This document shows positions 1 to 10,700 of a stretch of DNA of 64,000 nucleotides, piece by piece; position 1 is the first letter of the stretch, and every line of letters starts with the position of its first letter. The translations under genes and the position numbers were made by a program. The DNA comes from Candidatus Aminicenantales bacterium (GTDB lineage: Bacteria; Acidobacteriota; Aminicenantia; Aminicenantales; UBA4085): NCBI GenBank assembly GCA_049515535.1, contig JBEKTZ010000015.1, positions 1-64,000 of the forward strand. The letters run 5' to 3'. The notes beneath the pieces were generated by a model that worked only from the letters and a program-made list of their open reading frames with translations, was not told the origin of the DNA and did not search any database.

Positions 1-176
1 TGAGAGTATTGACGATGATGATCAATTCCAAGATAATTCATCTGTGCACCTCCTAATAAAATGTTTCCAACGGGAAGTCTACCAGACTCCCCGAGGAGGT
101 GCATCACATCATCATGTTATCTTATCCAGCGCAAGCAACGCAACGGACCGTGGCGCGGGCCGGGAGGTGAGCCGGG

Positions 177-2780
177 ATGAGCGACATCGATTGGCTAGGC
201 AAGCTTGTCGGGCACGTGCGTGTGGTGGACGTGCTCGGGCACGGAGGGATGGGCAGTGTCTACGTCGGCTATGATGAGAAGCTCGGCCGGAAGGTCGCGC
301 TCAAGTCGATCCGCGACCAGGAACGGCTAGACCCGGAGACACGCGCGAGGTTCCAGCGCGAGGCGCGGGTTCTCTCCCAGCTGGATCACCCCAACATCTG
401 CCGGATCTACGACTACGTGGAAGGGGAACAGAGGGACTTCCTGATCCTCGAGCTCATCGCCGGGAAGAGCCTGAAGGACGTGATCCGGGAGGGCAAGACC
501 AGCCACGAGGAACGACTCGCCCTGGCCGAGCAGGTGACCAGCGCCCTCGCCCTGGCCCACGAGCGCGGGATCATCCACCGGGACCTTAAACCCGCCAACA
601 TCATGGTGACGGACGAGGGGGTGGCGAAGGTGCTGGACTTCGGTCTGGCCCATGCCGCGAGTGATCAGCCCGCCCCCACCCTGACCGTAACCTCTGGCGA
701 GCCGCTCGCATCGACTCCGGAGGCCCGGGCCGAGTCCGAGTCGGGCTACGTCGTCACGAAGCTCGGCACGCTCATGGGCACGCTCGCCTACATGAGCCCC
801 GAGCAGGCGCGCGGCGAGGCGGTCGCTCCGGCGAGCGACATGTACTCGCTTGGCCTCGTGCTGCAGGAGCTCTTCACGGGGCAATTTCCCATCGACCTCG
901 GCCTCCCCGCGCCCGAGCTCCTCCAGCAGGCGCGGGAGGGTCGGACTCGGCCCGTCGTCGGGCTGGACCTCGATCTGACGGCGCTACTGGGGCGGCTCAA
1001 GTCCATCGCGCCCGGGGCGCGTCCCTCTGCGCGCGACACGCTCGAGCGCATCCGCTGGATCCGCTCCACGCCGGCCCGGCGGCGCAAGAAAAGGCTCGCC
1101 GTCACGGCCTTCGCCGCCCTGGCCGTGCTCGCCGCCGGCCTCGGGGTGGCTTCCTGGCGGGCGAACCGCGAGGCCGCCCGGGCGAACCGCGAGGCCGAGA
1201 CGGCGCGGCGGATCTCCGAGTTCCTCGTGGATCTCTTCAAAACCAGTGATCCCGGCCGGAGTCGCGGCAACGTCGTTACCGCGCGGGAGCTGCTCGACGC
1301 CGGTGCCAGGCGGCTCGACGCCGAGCTCTCGGATCAGCCCCGCATCCAGGCCCGGCTCCTCGACACGGTCGGCAAGGTGTACATGGAGCTCGGCCTCTAC
1401 GAGCAGGCGCAGCCGCTCCAGGAGCGGGCTCTCAAGATCCGGCAGGCGACGCTGGGAGGCGAGGACCCCGAGGTGGCGGAATCGCTGGCCGGGCTCGGCA
1501 TCCTGGTGGGGCGCCGCGGCGACGTCGAGCGATCGGCGGCGCTGCTGCGCCAGGCGCTCGGGATCCAGGAGAAGGTGCTGGGACCCGCCCATCCCCGCGT
1601 GGCCATCACCCTCAAGGCCCTGGGCGTGGGTGCCCGGTACCGCAGCGACTGGGCGGAGGCGGACCGGCTCTACCGGAAAGCCCTCGCGATCCTGGAGAAG
1701 GCCCTCGGCCCCGAGGCCCCCGAGGTGGCGTCCACCCTCAACAACCTCGGCGTCAACGCCCGCGACCTCGGCGACTACATGGAGGCCGAGCGGCTGTGTC
1801 GCAAGGCGCTGGCCATCCGGGAGAAGGCCCTGGGCCCGGATCACCCGGACCTTGCTGACACCCTCAACAACCTGGGCGTGATCGCCTCCTCCGGCCGCAG
1901 CGACTACGTGGAGGCGGACCGGCTCTATCGGAGGGCCCTCGCCATCCGGGAGAAAGCCATCGGCCCAGACAGCCTGGCCGTGGGCGAGGTGCTCAACAAC
2001 CTGGGCGTCAACGCCCGTGACCTCGGCGACTACGCGGAGGCGGACCGTCTGTACCGCAGGAGCCTCGCCATCCGGGAGAAAGCCCTGGGTCCGGACCACG
2101 CGGCTGTGTCCGACATCCTGCACAACCTTGGAGTCAACGCCGGCGATCGCGGCGAATACACCGAGGCGGAACGGCTGTTCCGGAGGTCCCTCGCCATCCA
2201 GGAGAAGGCCCTGGGTCCCGATCACCCGGACCTGGCCATGACCGCCTCCGAGCTCGGGTGGACGCTCCGCAACCAGGGTCGCGACAGGGAGGCGGAGCAG
2301 ATCCTCAGTCGGGCGTTCCGCGCGCTGGAGGGGTCGTCTTACGGCCCCGGTCACGAGCTCACGCTGGAGGTCGCCGTCAACCTCTCGGACGTCCTGAGGC
2401 GTCGAGGCCGGCCCTCCGAGGCTCTCGGCCTGGCGCTCCGCGCGATGGAGGCGGTGAAGAAGGCCGACCCGTCATCCCAGGAGCGCCTGAGCGCCGCTCA
2501 CGCCGCCCTGGAGGCCGGCCTCATAGCGCAGGCCCGCGGCGATCATCCGGGTGCGGTGAAGCTCTGGGAAGAGGGGCTCTCCCGCGACCTGGAGCGCCTG
2601 CTCATGCCTCGAGGCCCCTCGGTCAAGGCGAGCCTGCTCCTGCTGCTGGGGCGACCCGCCGAGGCGCGTCCGCTCCTCAGCCCGGCCGCTCTCGCATACG
2701 ACGTGGAGCTCGCCACGCGGGCAAAGCAGCAGGGGCTATCCGCGGTTGGCCGCTCGGGGTCGCAGGCGGAGGCGAGATAG
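177..2780 (+). CDS. Hanks-type Ser/Thr protein kinase with TM helix and C-terminal TPR repeats
   Basis: [21 protein letters not shown] and YMSPE motifs; hydrophobic helix after RRRKKR; multiple ~42-aa repeats (LNNLG...Y.EA.RL.R.ALAI.EKALGP). Confidence 0.93.
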   Translation: MSDIDWLGKLVGHVRVVDVLGHGGMGSVYVGYDEKLGRKVALKSIRDQERLDPETRARFQREARVLSQLDHPNICRIYDYVEGEQRDFLILELIAGKSLKDVIREGKTSHEERLALAEQVTSALALAHERGIIHRDLKPANIMVTDEGVAKVLDFGLAHAASDQPAPTLTVTSGEPLASTPEARAESESGYVVTKLGTLMGTLAYMSPEQARGEAVAPASDMYSLGLVLQELFTGQFPIDLGLPAPELLQQAREGRTRPVVGLDLDLTALLGRLKSIAPGARPSARDTLERIRWIRSTPARRRKKRLAVTAFAALAVLAAGLGVASWRANREAARANREAETARRISEFLVDLFKTSDPGRSRGNVVTARELLDAGARRLDAELSDQPRIQARLLDTVGKVYMELGLYEQAQPLQERALKIRQATLGGEDPEVAESLAGLGILVGRRGDVERSAALLRQALGIQEKVLGPAHPRVAITLKALGVGARYRSDWAEADRLYRKALAILEKALGPEAPEVASTLNNLGVNARDLGDYMEAERLCRKALAIREKALGPDHPDLADTLNNLGVIASSGRSDYVEADRLYRRALAIREKAIGPDSLAVGEVLNNLGVNARDLGDYAEADRLYRRSLAIREKALGPDHAAVSDILHNLGVNAGDRGEYTEAERLFRRSLAIQEKALGPDHPDLAMTASELGWTLRNQGRDREAEQILSRAFRALEGSSYGPGHELTLEVAVNLSDVLRRRGRPSEALGLALRAMEAVKKADPSSQERLSAAHAALEAGLIAQARGDHPGAVKLWEEGLSRDLERLLMPRGPSVKASLLLLLGRPAEARPLLSPAALAYDVELATRAKQQGLSAVGRSGSQAEAR

Positions 2781-2817
2781 GTCCGGCACGACGCGGCCCC
2801 GGCAGCGAGTCAAGGGA

Positions 2818-2909
2818 CGAGCCTTCGGCTCGCCACTCGCCCGTGGCTTTTAACCACGGGCGAGTACGGCGGAAGTAGACCCCCGGGATAAGCCCGGGGC
2901 CCCCGCCGC
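2818..2909. repeat. Cluster of REP-like hairpins between convergent ORFs (may also act as terminator)
   Basis: cgagcc-ttc-ggctcg; perfect 12-bp stem actcgcccgtgg/ccacgggcgagt (2835-2865); ccccggg-ataag-cccgggg enclosed by cggcgg/ccgccg. Confidence 0.6.
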
Positions 2910-2937
2910 CGTGGAGTAGCCGTCGTGTAGTCCGACC

Positions 2938-3309
2938 TCAGCAAAGCCCCATGATTCCCGGTGTTTCAGGGTGGTCGAAAGGGCTACAGGTACTTGACAT
3001 GTGATGAAGCGACGAATTTATGCCGATCCGGGGCATCGGCGAAGTGAATTCGATTAATTTATCTCTTATATCCTGAAAAACTTTCGCGCAGAGCTTCCTT
3101 GCAGTCGTGTCTATTTCAAGCAGCCAATTTGCTGTATTCTTGTACAAATCAGGGAATCGCGGGATCGAGTGGATCTTCAGCAACGGAACCTGGATAGCTT
3201 CCAGATTCCTCAAGTCTTCCGCGAGCTGTCCTCTGATGTACGGCTTCCGCCAGGCCTTGGCATGCAGCTTGGCCCCGAGCTCTGCGATCGTGGGGCTCAC
3301 AACTCTCAT
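2938..3309 (-). CDS. hypothetical protein
   Basis: 123-aa ORF with lower GC than the kinase; TTGCAC..TAAAAT promoter-like motif overlaps the ATG, so the start may be GTG at 3300; no recognisable motif. Confidence 0.35.
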   Translation of the reverse strand: MRVVSPTIAELGAKLHAKAWRKPYIRGQLAEDLRNLEAIQVPLLKIHSIPRFPDLYKNTANWLLEIDTTARKLCAKVFQDIRDKLIEFTSPMPRIGINSSLHHMSSTCSPFDHPETPGIMGLC

Positions 3310-3353
3310 TTTACCGAGTCATGGAATCGTGCAAGTTGTTGATAAGAAGGGAA

Positions 3354-3426
3354 TGGGCGATACAGGATTTGAACCTGTGACTTCTACCGTGTGAAGGTAG
3401 CACTCTGGCCACTGAGTTAATCGCCC
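3354..3426 (-). tRNA. tRNA-Val (anticodon CAC), CCA not encoded
   Basis: Reverse complement GGGCGATTAACTCAGTGGCCAGAGTGCTACCTT-CAC-ACGGTAGAAGTCACAGGTTCAAATCCTGTATCGCCCA folds as a cloverleaf with TTCAAATC T-loop. Confidence 0.96.
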
Positions 3427-3436
3427 AGCGGCCCTC

Positions 3437-3464
3437 ATTTTAATTAAATTTCCGACGATGTCAA
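3437..3464 (-). promoter_or_regulatory. sigma70 promoter for tRNA-Val
   Basis: TTGACA-N16-TAAAAT on the minus strand just upstream of the tRNA. Confidence 0.6.
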
Positions 3465-3481
3465 TTTATCGACGAGCGGCG

Positions 3482-3650
3482 TTGACGAGCGGTTTCCCGC
3501 GGCTTGCTGCGTGAAACCGCTCGTAGAGGGATCCAAGGGGGAGCCGCCCCCTTGGTCGCAGTCCTATGCGGAGCATAGGGCGAGAAGGGGAGGCAGGGCG
3601 ACCGGGTCTTCCCGGTGCCCGTTGGAAGGGGTCTTCCCCTCCAAGTTGAC
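3482..3650 (+). repeat. Structured intergenic repeat, copy 1 (MITE/ncRNA-like)
   Basis: Shares ttgacgagcggtt...gtagagggatccaagggggagccgcccccttggtcgcag...tgcccgttggaagggg...cccctccaagttga with 26948-27148 and 42498-42680. Confidence 0.92.
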
Positions 3651-3681
3651 TTTCCGCCTTATTCCTTTTATAAATAGAGTA

Positions 3682-5043
3682 ATGGCCATTCGACGCTGCC
3701 CCTACTGCAAAGCGATCATCGACGAATCCCAGAAATATTGCAATAACTGCGGCACCCAACTCCTCTTTCCCGAGGACGAGCTTGTCGAGGAGGACATCAA
3801 GGGCGAGAAGATCATCGACGAGGACTTCAAGGATAGCGAAGCGGAATTCGATGAATCTCTGGAAGCCGGCGAAGAGGACGACGACCGGAAAGAAGAAATC
3901 GATCTCGAGAAAGTCCTGGAGGGCGGAGCGTCTTTTCCCGGCGAAGAGAAAATGGCCGAGGACGAGATCCGGGACGAAGAGCCCGTGACAAAAGTCGAGA
4001 CGTCCGTCAAGAAAGTCAAAAGAGCGGGAACAAGAGTCCCGGAAAAGGCCGATCCCGACGCCGCACCCAAGACCGGCATAAAACCGGAACCGAAAGCCGA
4101 AGCGGTGCCTGAACCTAAAGCGGAGCCCAAGACGCTGGAAAAAATCGGGAAGACAAAAGCGGAATCGGCGGAAAAACCGAAACCGAAAGAAAAAAAGGCA
4201 GCCGTCGAAGAGCCCCCCAAAAGAGCGGCGAAAACTCCGATCATCGAAGAGCGCGAAGTCCAAGCGCTGGCCGCGGATGAACCTCCTGAGGATATGGACG
4301 AAGAGCCGGAAGCGGATGAGGATGAGGAAGAAGAGGACGATCAACAAGGAGAAAGCAAGCCCGACACCGATACGCGGGAGGAGATCGTCCGGCTCATCGC
4401 CGCGCTTGAAAAGAAGCACAAAAAAAGGACGCTGTCCAAAGACGAGGAAAAGATCCTGGCGCCGCTGGAGGAAGCGGTCGATATTCCGCCCTGGGAGGCC
4501 ATGGGCCGGGAAACGGCGTCGTCGGAAGGCATCGAAGAAGAACCCGAGGAAAAATCTCCCGACAAGGACTTCGCCCCCGGTGATACGGTGGATTTCGAGG
4601 AAGAGGTTTTAAGCCGGACCAAAAGCATGTCCGCGACCCGATCGACCATCGGAATTCCCGAAACCGTGACGAAAGACAAGACCTCGTTCCCTTTCAACAG
4701 GGACGAAGAGGAATTGGAGAGCCGTCCCTACGAGGCGGGAGAGATCGAAAAGGACGTCGAACAAGAGGCCGAATCCCCGGCTTTTGAAACTCCCCGCACC
4801 CGGCTCGGGTTTTTCAGCAGGCTGACGGCCGTCGTTTTCGACCTGATTTTCGTCGCTCTCATGTGGCTCGGCGCCGCCTGGCTGGCTGCGCGCCTGATGG
4901 ACGTTCCGATCAAGACGCTGGTCTCGACGGTCCCCGTTCCCTTCGGGATCTTTTATCTCGTCCTTCTGGTGGGCTACTTATTCCTGTTCTTCTTTTTCCT
5001 GGGCGAGACGCTCGGCGGCAGGCTGTCGTCGCCGCGCGAGTGA
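3682..5043 (+). CDS. Zinc-ribbon protein with long acidic linker and C-terminal RDD-like membrane domain
   Basis: CPYC-x10-CNNCG at the N-terminus; D/E/K/P-rich middle; R..A..FD plus two TM helices and GETLG; the ORF-track extension to 3511 lies inside the repeat. Confidence 0.8.
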   Translation: MAIRRCPYCKAIIDESQKYCNNCGTQLLFPEDELVEEDIKGEKIIDEDFKDSEAEFDESLEAGEEDDDRKEEIDLEKVLEGGASFPGEEKMAEDEIRDEEPVTKVETSVKKVKRAGTRVPEKADPDAAPKTGIKPEPKAEAVPEPKAEPKTLEKIGKTKAESAEKPKPKEKKAAVEEPPKRAAKTPIIEEREVQALAADEPPEDMDEEPEADEDEEEEDDQQGESKPDTDTREEIVRLIAALEKKHKKRTLSKDEEKILAPLEEAVDIPPWEAMGRETASSEGIEEEPEEKSPDKDFAPGDTVDFEEEVLSRTKSMSATRSTIGIPETVTKDKTSFPFNRDEEELESRPYEAGEIEKDVEQEAESPAFETPRTRLGFFSRLTAVVFDLIFVALMWLGAAWLAARLMDVPIKTLVSTVPVPFGIFYLVLLVGYLFLFFFFLGETLGGRLSSPRE

Positions 5044-5780
5044 ATCTTCCGCTCTTCGCCGAAGGCGAATTCCGTTCCCAGAAACCGCTGCCGCGCTTTT
5101 TGGTCGTCGGCGATGATTTGAGGGATGTCATGGATCAGGATTTCCCCTTCGTCGATGATATAGACCCGGTCGGCGATCATGAATGTGTCGCGCACATTGT
5201 GGTCCGACAAGAGGATCCCTATCCCCCGTTTTTTGAGGGCCGCCATGATCTTTTGCAGCTCGGCAATGGTCAGGGGATCGATGCCCGTGAACGGTTCGTC
5301 CAGGAGAAGGAACTTCGGTTTGAGGATCAGGGCGCGGCCGATTTCGAGCCGGCGCCGCTCGCCTCCGGACAAGCTGTGAGCCGGTTGGGCGGCCAGCGGC
5401 AGAAGTCCGAACTCCCGGAGGATCTCCCGGGCCGGCGTTTTCCAGTCGCGCCTGGAATCGGGCTGAAGCTCAAGGGCGAGACGGAGGTTGTCCGACACCG
5501 ACGCATTGAGGAAAACGGAGTTTTCCTGGGGGAGATAAGTCAGGCCGGCGATCGCCCGCTTGTGGGTCGGGGCCCGGGAAATGTCCTTGCCGTCGATGAA
5601 GATCCCGCCGCGATCAGGCCTGATCAGCCCGACGATCATCTGGAAGATCGTCGTCTTGCCCGCGCCGTTCGGCCCGAGAAGGCCGATGATCTCCCCGGAG
5701 CGGACGGCGACGGTCACGCCTTTGACAACGAGCCGGTTCCCATAGCTCTTGACGAGTTCTCGGGCTTCAAGGATCGGCAT
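4974..5780 (-). CDS. lptB: LPS export ABC transporter ATP-binding protein
   Basis: LVKSYG..VV, GPNGAGKTT, YLPQENSVF, LSGGERRRLEI, LLDEPFTGIDP, DHNVRDT. Confidence 0.9.
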   Translation of the reverse strand: MPILEARELVKSYGNRLVVKGVTVAVRSGEIIGLLGPNGAGKTTIFQMIVGLIRPDRGGIFIDGKDISRAPTHKRAIAGLTYLPQENSVFLNASVSDNLRLALELQPDSRRDWKTPAREILREFGLLPLAAQPAHSLSGGERRRLEIGRALILKPKFLLLDEPFTGIDPLTIAELQKIMAALKKRGIGILLSDHNVRDTFMIADRVYIIDEGEILIHDIPQIIADDQKARQRFLGTEFAFGEERKIHSRGDDSLPPSVSPRKKKNRNK

Positions 5781-5806
5781 TGATGAACGCGGCCTCGGAA
5801 GCTAAA

Positions 5807-5835
5807 ATACTAAAGTCATTCGTCCGGGCTGTCAA
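5807..5835 (-). promoter_or_regulatory. sigma70 promoter for lptB
   Basis: TTGACA-N17-TAGTAT. Confidence 0.55.
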
Positions 5836-5841
5836 GGAAAG

Positions 5842-6693
5842 ATGAAAAAGATCGTCAGCGCTTCCCGAAGGACCGACCTGGTCGCCTTTTTCCCGGACTG
5901 GCTGGCCCGCGTTTTCCGGGAGGAAAAAGCGCGGATCATCGGGCCGCGCGGCCGTGCTTACGAAGCGGACTTGACGCCATCGGCCGTCCACACCGTCGTC
6001 CTCTGGTCCAAGGATTTTTCCCATTTGATCGGCGACGCCCACGGAATTCGCCGGGCTATAGGAGCCTACGATCAGATTTATTTGCTGTTCACGGTCACCG
6101 GGCTCGGCGGGACGTTCATCGAAAAGGGCGCCCCATCGCCGGCCGCGGCCCTCGCCCAGCTTCCCGCGCTCGTGTCCTTGGCCGGAAATCCAAAGCGGGT
6201 TTCCCTCCGCTTCGACCCGGTCGTGTTTTGGAGGGAAGAGTCGGCGATCAAAAACAATCTTCATTTCTTCGCCGAGGCCGCCGAACGGGCGGCTTGCGCC
6301 GGCATCGAAGATATCCGGATCAGTTTCGCCCAGTGGTATGGAAAGGGCCTGCACCGGGCGCGAAAAAACGGATTCGATTATGTGGACCCCGGCGAGAACG
6401 AAAAAATCGACGCGGCCTCGAGCTTGGCGGAGACGGCCCATCAATGGAAGCTCTCTCTTCATGCCTGCAGCCAGAATTTTCTGACGCGCGTCCCCGGCAT
6501 TCGGGCCTCGGCCTGCATCGACGGGAAGCTTTTGCGGGATCTGCATCCGCGGAAGGAAGAGGCGTCGACGATCCAGGACAAGAGCCAGCGCGACGAATGC
6601 GGCTGCACGGAATCCGTCGATATCGGCAGCTATACGCAGGCCTGTCCGCACGGCTGCCTTTATTGCTACGCGAATCCGAATATCGCGATATGA
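5842..6693 (+). CDS. DUF1848 family protein (Fe-S/radical SAM-related)
   Basis: SASRRTD..AF N-terminus, LRFDP, and C-terminal CGC..S.DIG.Y...CPHGCLYCYAN. Confidence 0.88.
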   Translation: MKKIVSASRRTDLVAFFPDWLARVFREEKARIIGPRGRAYEADLTPSAVHTVVLWSKDFSHLIGDAHGIRRAIGAYDQIYLLFTVTGLGGTFIEKGAPSPAAALAQLPALVSLAGNPKRVSLRFDPVVFWREESAIKNNLHFFAEAAERAACAGIEDIRISFAQWYGKGLHRARKNGFDYVDPGENEKIDAASSLAETAHQWKLSLHACSQNFLTRVPGIRASACIDGKLLRDLHPRKEEASTIQDKSQRDECGCTESVDIGSYTQACPHGCLYCYANPNIAI

Positions 6694-6820
6694 TCTCCCC
6701 CGCCGGCATGATAAAAATCGTTCGACGGCGATGGGAAAATAAATCTATAATAATGCAAAGGAAAAGCCGGTTTTTTTGTCAAAATTGAGTTAGGCGACAA
6801 CATGATGGAGAGGATGTGGA

Positions 6821-7753
6821 ATGGAGCAAATCTCGGTCCGCCGACTGACTCATCGTTATCGCGGAGGCCAGGTCGCCCTTAAAGACGTCGATTTCGATAT
6901 CGGCAAGGGGATATTCGGGCTTCTCGGCCCCAATGGGGCCGGGAAGACCACCCTGATCCGGATCCTTGTGACCCTCCTCGAACCCACGTCCGGCCAGATC
7001 ACGATCAACGGACTGGATCTCAAAAAAAACCGCAAGCGGATTCGGGAACTGACGGGTTACCTCCCCCAGGAATTCTCCTCGTTTCCCCGGCTGACGGCAT
7101 GGGAATTTCTGGACTACGTGGGCAGTTTGAGAAGGATCCGGCCCCGGCAAAAGCGCCACGCGCTCGTGGAGCAGGTCCTCGAGGACGTGGGCCTTTACGA
7201 AGCGCGCGATCGGAAGGCCGCCAATCTTTCGGGCGGCATGAAACGAAGGCTGGGCATCGCCCAGACGCTTCTCGGCGATCCGAAGATCCTGATCATCGAC
7301 GAGCCGACGGCCGGCCTGGACCCGGAAGAGCGGGTCCGGTTCCGCAACCTGCTCTCGGATCTTTCCCGAAAGGACAAAATTATTCTTCTTTCGACGCACA
7401 TCGTGGGCGATATCTCCTCCACGTGCATGCGCATCGCTCTCTTGGATAAGGGCCGGGTCGTTTTCGACGGATCGCCGACGGCCTTGACCGACGAGGTCAG
7501 AGGGAAAGTCTGGAAGGCCTCGGTTCCGGCCCTGGAGATGGACGCGATCAAAACCAAGTACCCGGTGATCTCGGCGGTTCCTTCGGAATTGGGATACGAG
7601 CTTCGGATCGTCGCTGACCGATATACCGAAGGGACGGCGGAAACCCTGGAGCCGAATCTCGAGGATGCCTACGTGTATTTCATGCGTTCACAAGCCGGTC
7701 CCTCTCCGTTTTCAAGCGAACTTTTTCCGGTCGATGATAGGAGCCAAGGATGA
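6821..7753 (+). CDS. ABC transporter ATP-binding protein (ABC-2 exporter type)
   Basis: GPNGAGKTT, LSGGMKRR, DEPTAGLDPEER, STHIVGD. Confidence 0.93.
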   Translation: MEQISVRRLTHRYRGGQVALKDVDFDIGKGIFGLLGPNGAGKTTLIRILVTLLEPTSGQITINGLDLKKNRKRIRELTGYLPQEFSSFPRLTAWEFLDYVGSLRRIRPRQKRHALVEQVLEDVGLYEARDRKAANLSGGMKRRLGIAQTLLGDPKILIIDEPTAGLDPEERVRFRNLLSDLSRKDKIILLSTHIVGDISSTCMRIALLDKGRVVFDGSPTALTDEVRGKVWKASVPALEMDAIKTKYPVISAVPSELGYELRIVADRYTEGTAETLEPNLEDAYVYFMRSQAGPSPFSSELFPVDDRSQG

Positions 7754-10700
7754 GCGCCCCGCGAACCATTTTCACGATCGGCCGCTATGAGGCCAAGCTG
7801 ATCTCCCGGTCTTGGGGATTCCGGATTTTCTCCGGATTGACGCTGGCCGCCCTGACCCTGATCATGGTGACCCTCACCATTCCCGCCTATTCGGGATTCT
7901 ACTTCAGCCGGGCGCTGTCCGGAGCTTTTCCCCTGATCGTCATCAAGCTGCTGAACGTCTTTCAGGGCATCATGGCCATCATCATCGGCACGGACTTCCT
8001 GAAGCGCGACCGGAAACAGGATACGACCGAGGTGATTTACGCCCATCCCTTCGCGAACGGCGAGTATATTCTCGGCAAGTTCGCGGGTATCTTCGGCATC
8101 TTCGCCGTCCTCGACATCCTGATCCTGGCCATCGCGGCCGTGATCCATATCTTTTTTTCGCGTTCCCTTTTCGCCGGATCCGCCTATCTTCTTTATATCG
8201 CCCTCCTGAGCTTGCCGACCCTGGCTTTCATGATCGGCCTGACCATTTTCATCGGTTCCTTGATCCGAAGCCAGGCGGCGGTCTACCTTCTGACCTTGTC
8301 CTACGTTTTCATCTCGCTTATCGTCGTCGGACCCAGCGGACATTTCATTCTGGACGGTTTCGGCTTCCACACTCCGATCCTTTATTCCGATTTCATAGGC
8401 CTGGGCAATCTTCCCGATCTCATCCTGCTGCGGGGCGCATATCTTTTCCTGGGGCTGGGCCTGGCCCTCGGATCGACGCTGCTCATGAAAAGGCTGAAGC
8501 AGTCTTCCGGTCAGAACCGGATTTTTGGATTCGCGGCCATTTTCTGCGCGGCCCTCGCTTTCGTCCTGGGCGCCGTTTATCTTCGCGGCAAAGCCGCCGA
8601 TGAGGACTTCAGGGCGGCATTGAAGGCGGAGAGCCGCGAACCCGCGGGCGCGCCGGCGATGACGCTCGAATCCTGCAATATCCGGCTCCGGCACGAAGGG
8701 AAACGCATTGCGGCGACGGCCGATCTGGCGCTGGTGAACAACCAGAACGTTCCCTTGAAAACGACGACTCTTTCTCTCAATCCGGGACTCCTCGTCAGTG
8801 CATGTCGAGGCGACGCCGGCGCCTTGACCTATAAAAGGCGACATCATCTTTTGACAGTCGAGGCCGGCGCGGCTATCGAACCGGGCGGCCGGATCCGTCT
8901 CTCCGTATCGTATGCGGGGACCATCGATGAACGCTATTGCTATCTCGATATCGACGATGCGATCCGGGACGAAGCGCTGCGCATCTGGTTCGTCACCATC
9001 CCCAAACGGTACGCGGTGGTGAGTCCGGAATTCGTCCACTTGACGCCCGAATGCGGCTGGTATCCCCGGCCGGGTCTTCCCGAATCCCTGCTTTTTCCGT
9101 CCAGGACCAAGCGGGATTTCACGCGGTACGCTCTGACGGTCACCGTGCCGGCGGCCCTCACGGCCGTTTCCCAAGGAACGCCGACGGCGAGCGACGCGGG
9201 CAACGAACGGCAATTCGTTTTTCAGCCAGAGACGCCTCTCCCGCAACTCTCGCTGACGGTCGGCCGTTATGATCAAAAGTCGGTCACCGTGGACGGAGTC
9301 CGCTACGGGCTCTATCTGCTCGCCGGGCATGATCGGTTCACTTCGAATTTCAAGGATATTTCCGGAGACCTGCCTCAGCTCATTAAGCAGATCAAGGACG
9401 GATACGAGATCCAGCTGGGATTGAACTATCCTTATAAGCAATTTTCCCTTGTGGAAACGCCGATCCAGGTGACGAGCTTGAGCCGGCCCTGGACCATGGC
9501 CCAGGAACAAGTCCAGCCGCAGATCGTTTTCCTGCCCGAGATGGGAGTCTTTTGCGCCAACGCCAATTTCCTGACCGGGGTGCGAATCCCCGGCCAAAGC
9601 GCACCGGCCGCCGCCCGTCGCGCCGGGGCCGGACGGGGGGGAGCGGACGTCAGCCCGAAAGATATTCAGCGTCAGATGTTCAATCTTTTTGTCCAGAGTA
9701 ACCTGATCGCGACGCAGTCGGCCCTGGCCCTCCTGGGAGGGCTGCAGCGGGCCCCTTTGGGCCTCCGGATCGACTCGAATTTCGATGCCGGCTTTAATAT
9801 ATATCCGAATTTTCTGACCTATGCGTCCCACTTCGATATCGCGGAGTGGCCTCTTTTCGGTTACTCGATGGAAACCTACCTCCGGGAGCGGGTCATTTTG
9901 CAGGCCGGCGGCCTGATGCGTATCGGTCTGGGAAACAATACTGTCCAGGAGGAGATCAATAAATTTCTATTGGATCACTCTCTTTCCGACGCCCTCCGGC
10001 CCTCGGGCCGGGTGACCTGGCCGGAGGCCTCGATTCTGCAGGAAAAAGGAAAAGCTCTCCTGATTCTCATCCGGGCCAAGCTCGGAACGGCCGACTTCGA
10101 TGAGCGGCTTCTCGGATTTCTCAAAGAACATCGTTTCCAATCGATCTCGCGGAAAGCCGTTGAGGATTTCTTCGCGAGAATGGGACGACTGGATTTGGAC
10201 AAGACGATCGCCTCCTGGTATCTGGGCAAGGGTTTGCCGGGGTTCGTCTTCGACGATGTCGAAAGTTACCGGGTTCTTGAAGGCGAAAAAACCAAATTCC
10301 AGATCAAATTCCAGGTCGCCAATCCGACGGACGTGGAAGGCGTCATCAAGATCAATCTCGCGTTGAGAGGCGGCGGCGCCCGCGGCGGAATGGGGGGGGG
10401 CATGGGTCTGGGCGCGTTGGCCTCGGCGCAGGAAACGCGCACCGTTCTTCTTCCGCCGCAGACCGTCAAGGAGGTCGGCATCGTCCTCGATCAGGCCTCG
10501 GCCATGACGACCATCGACACCTCCATGTCCAGGAATCTGCCCGGAGTTTTCACCCTGCCTTTCAGCAACCAGCAGCCGCGTCCCGGGATCAAGGCGTTCG
10601 ACGGCGAATCGGCCAGACCCTATGTCCAGGCCCCGCCCGGAGCGGATGGAGAATATACCGTCGATAATGTAGATGCGGGTTTCATGCTTCCCGAAAAGGG

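Noticed and set aside
1650..2240. Regularly spaced repeats as a possible CRISPR array
   Set aside because: In-frame TPR coding repeats with no unique spacers; no cas genes in the window
3511..3681. N-terminal ORF extensions and small ORFs with shared peptides (LVEGSKGEPPPWSQ; also 26845-27187, 42304-42738)
   Set aside because: They are translations of the structured repeat; the real starts lie outside it
5842..6693. DUF1848 or LipA as radical SAM maturase for the Cys-rich protein
   Set aside because: Distant and unlinked; LipA has a clear housekeeping role
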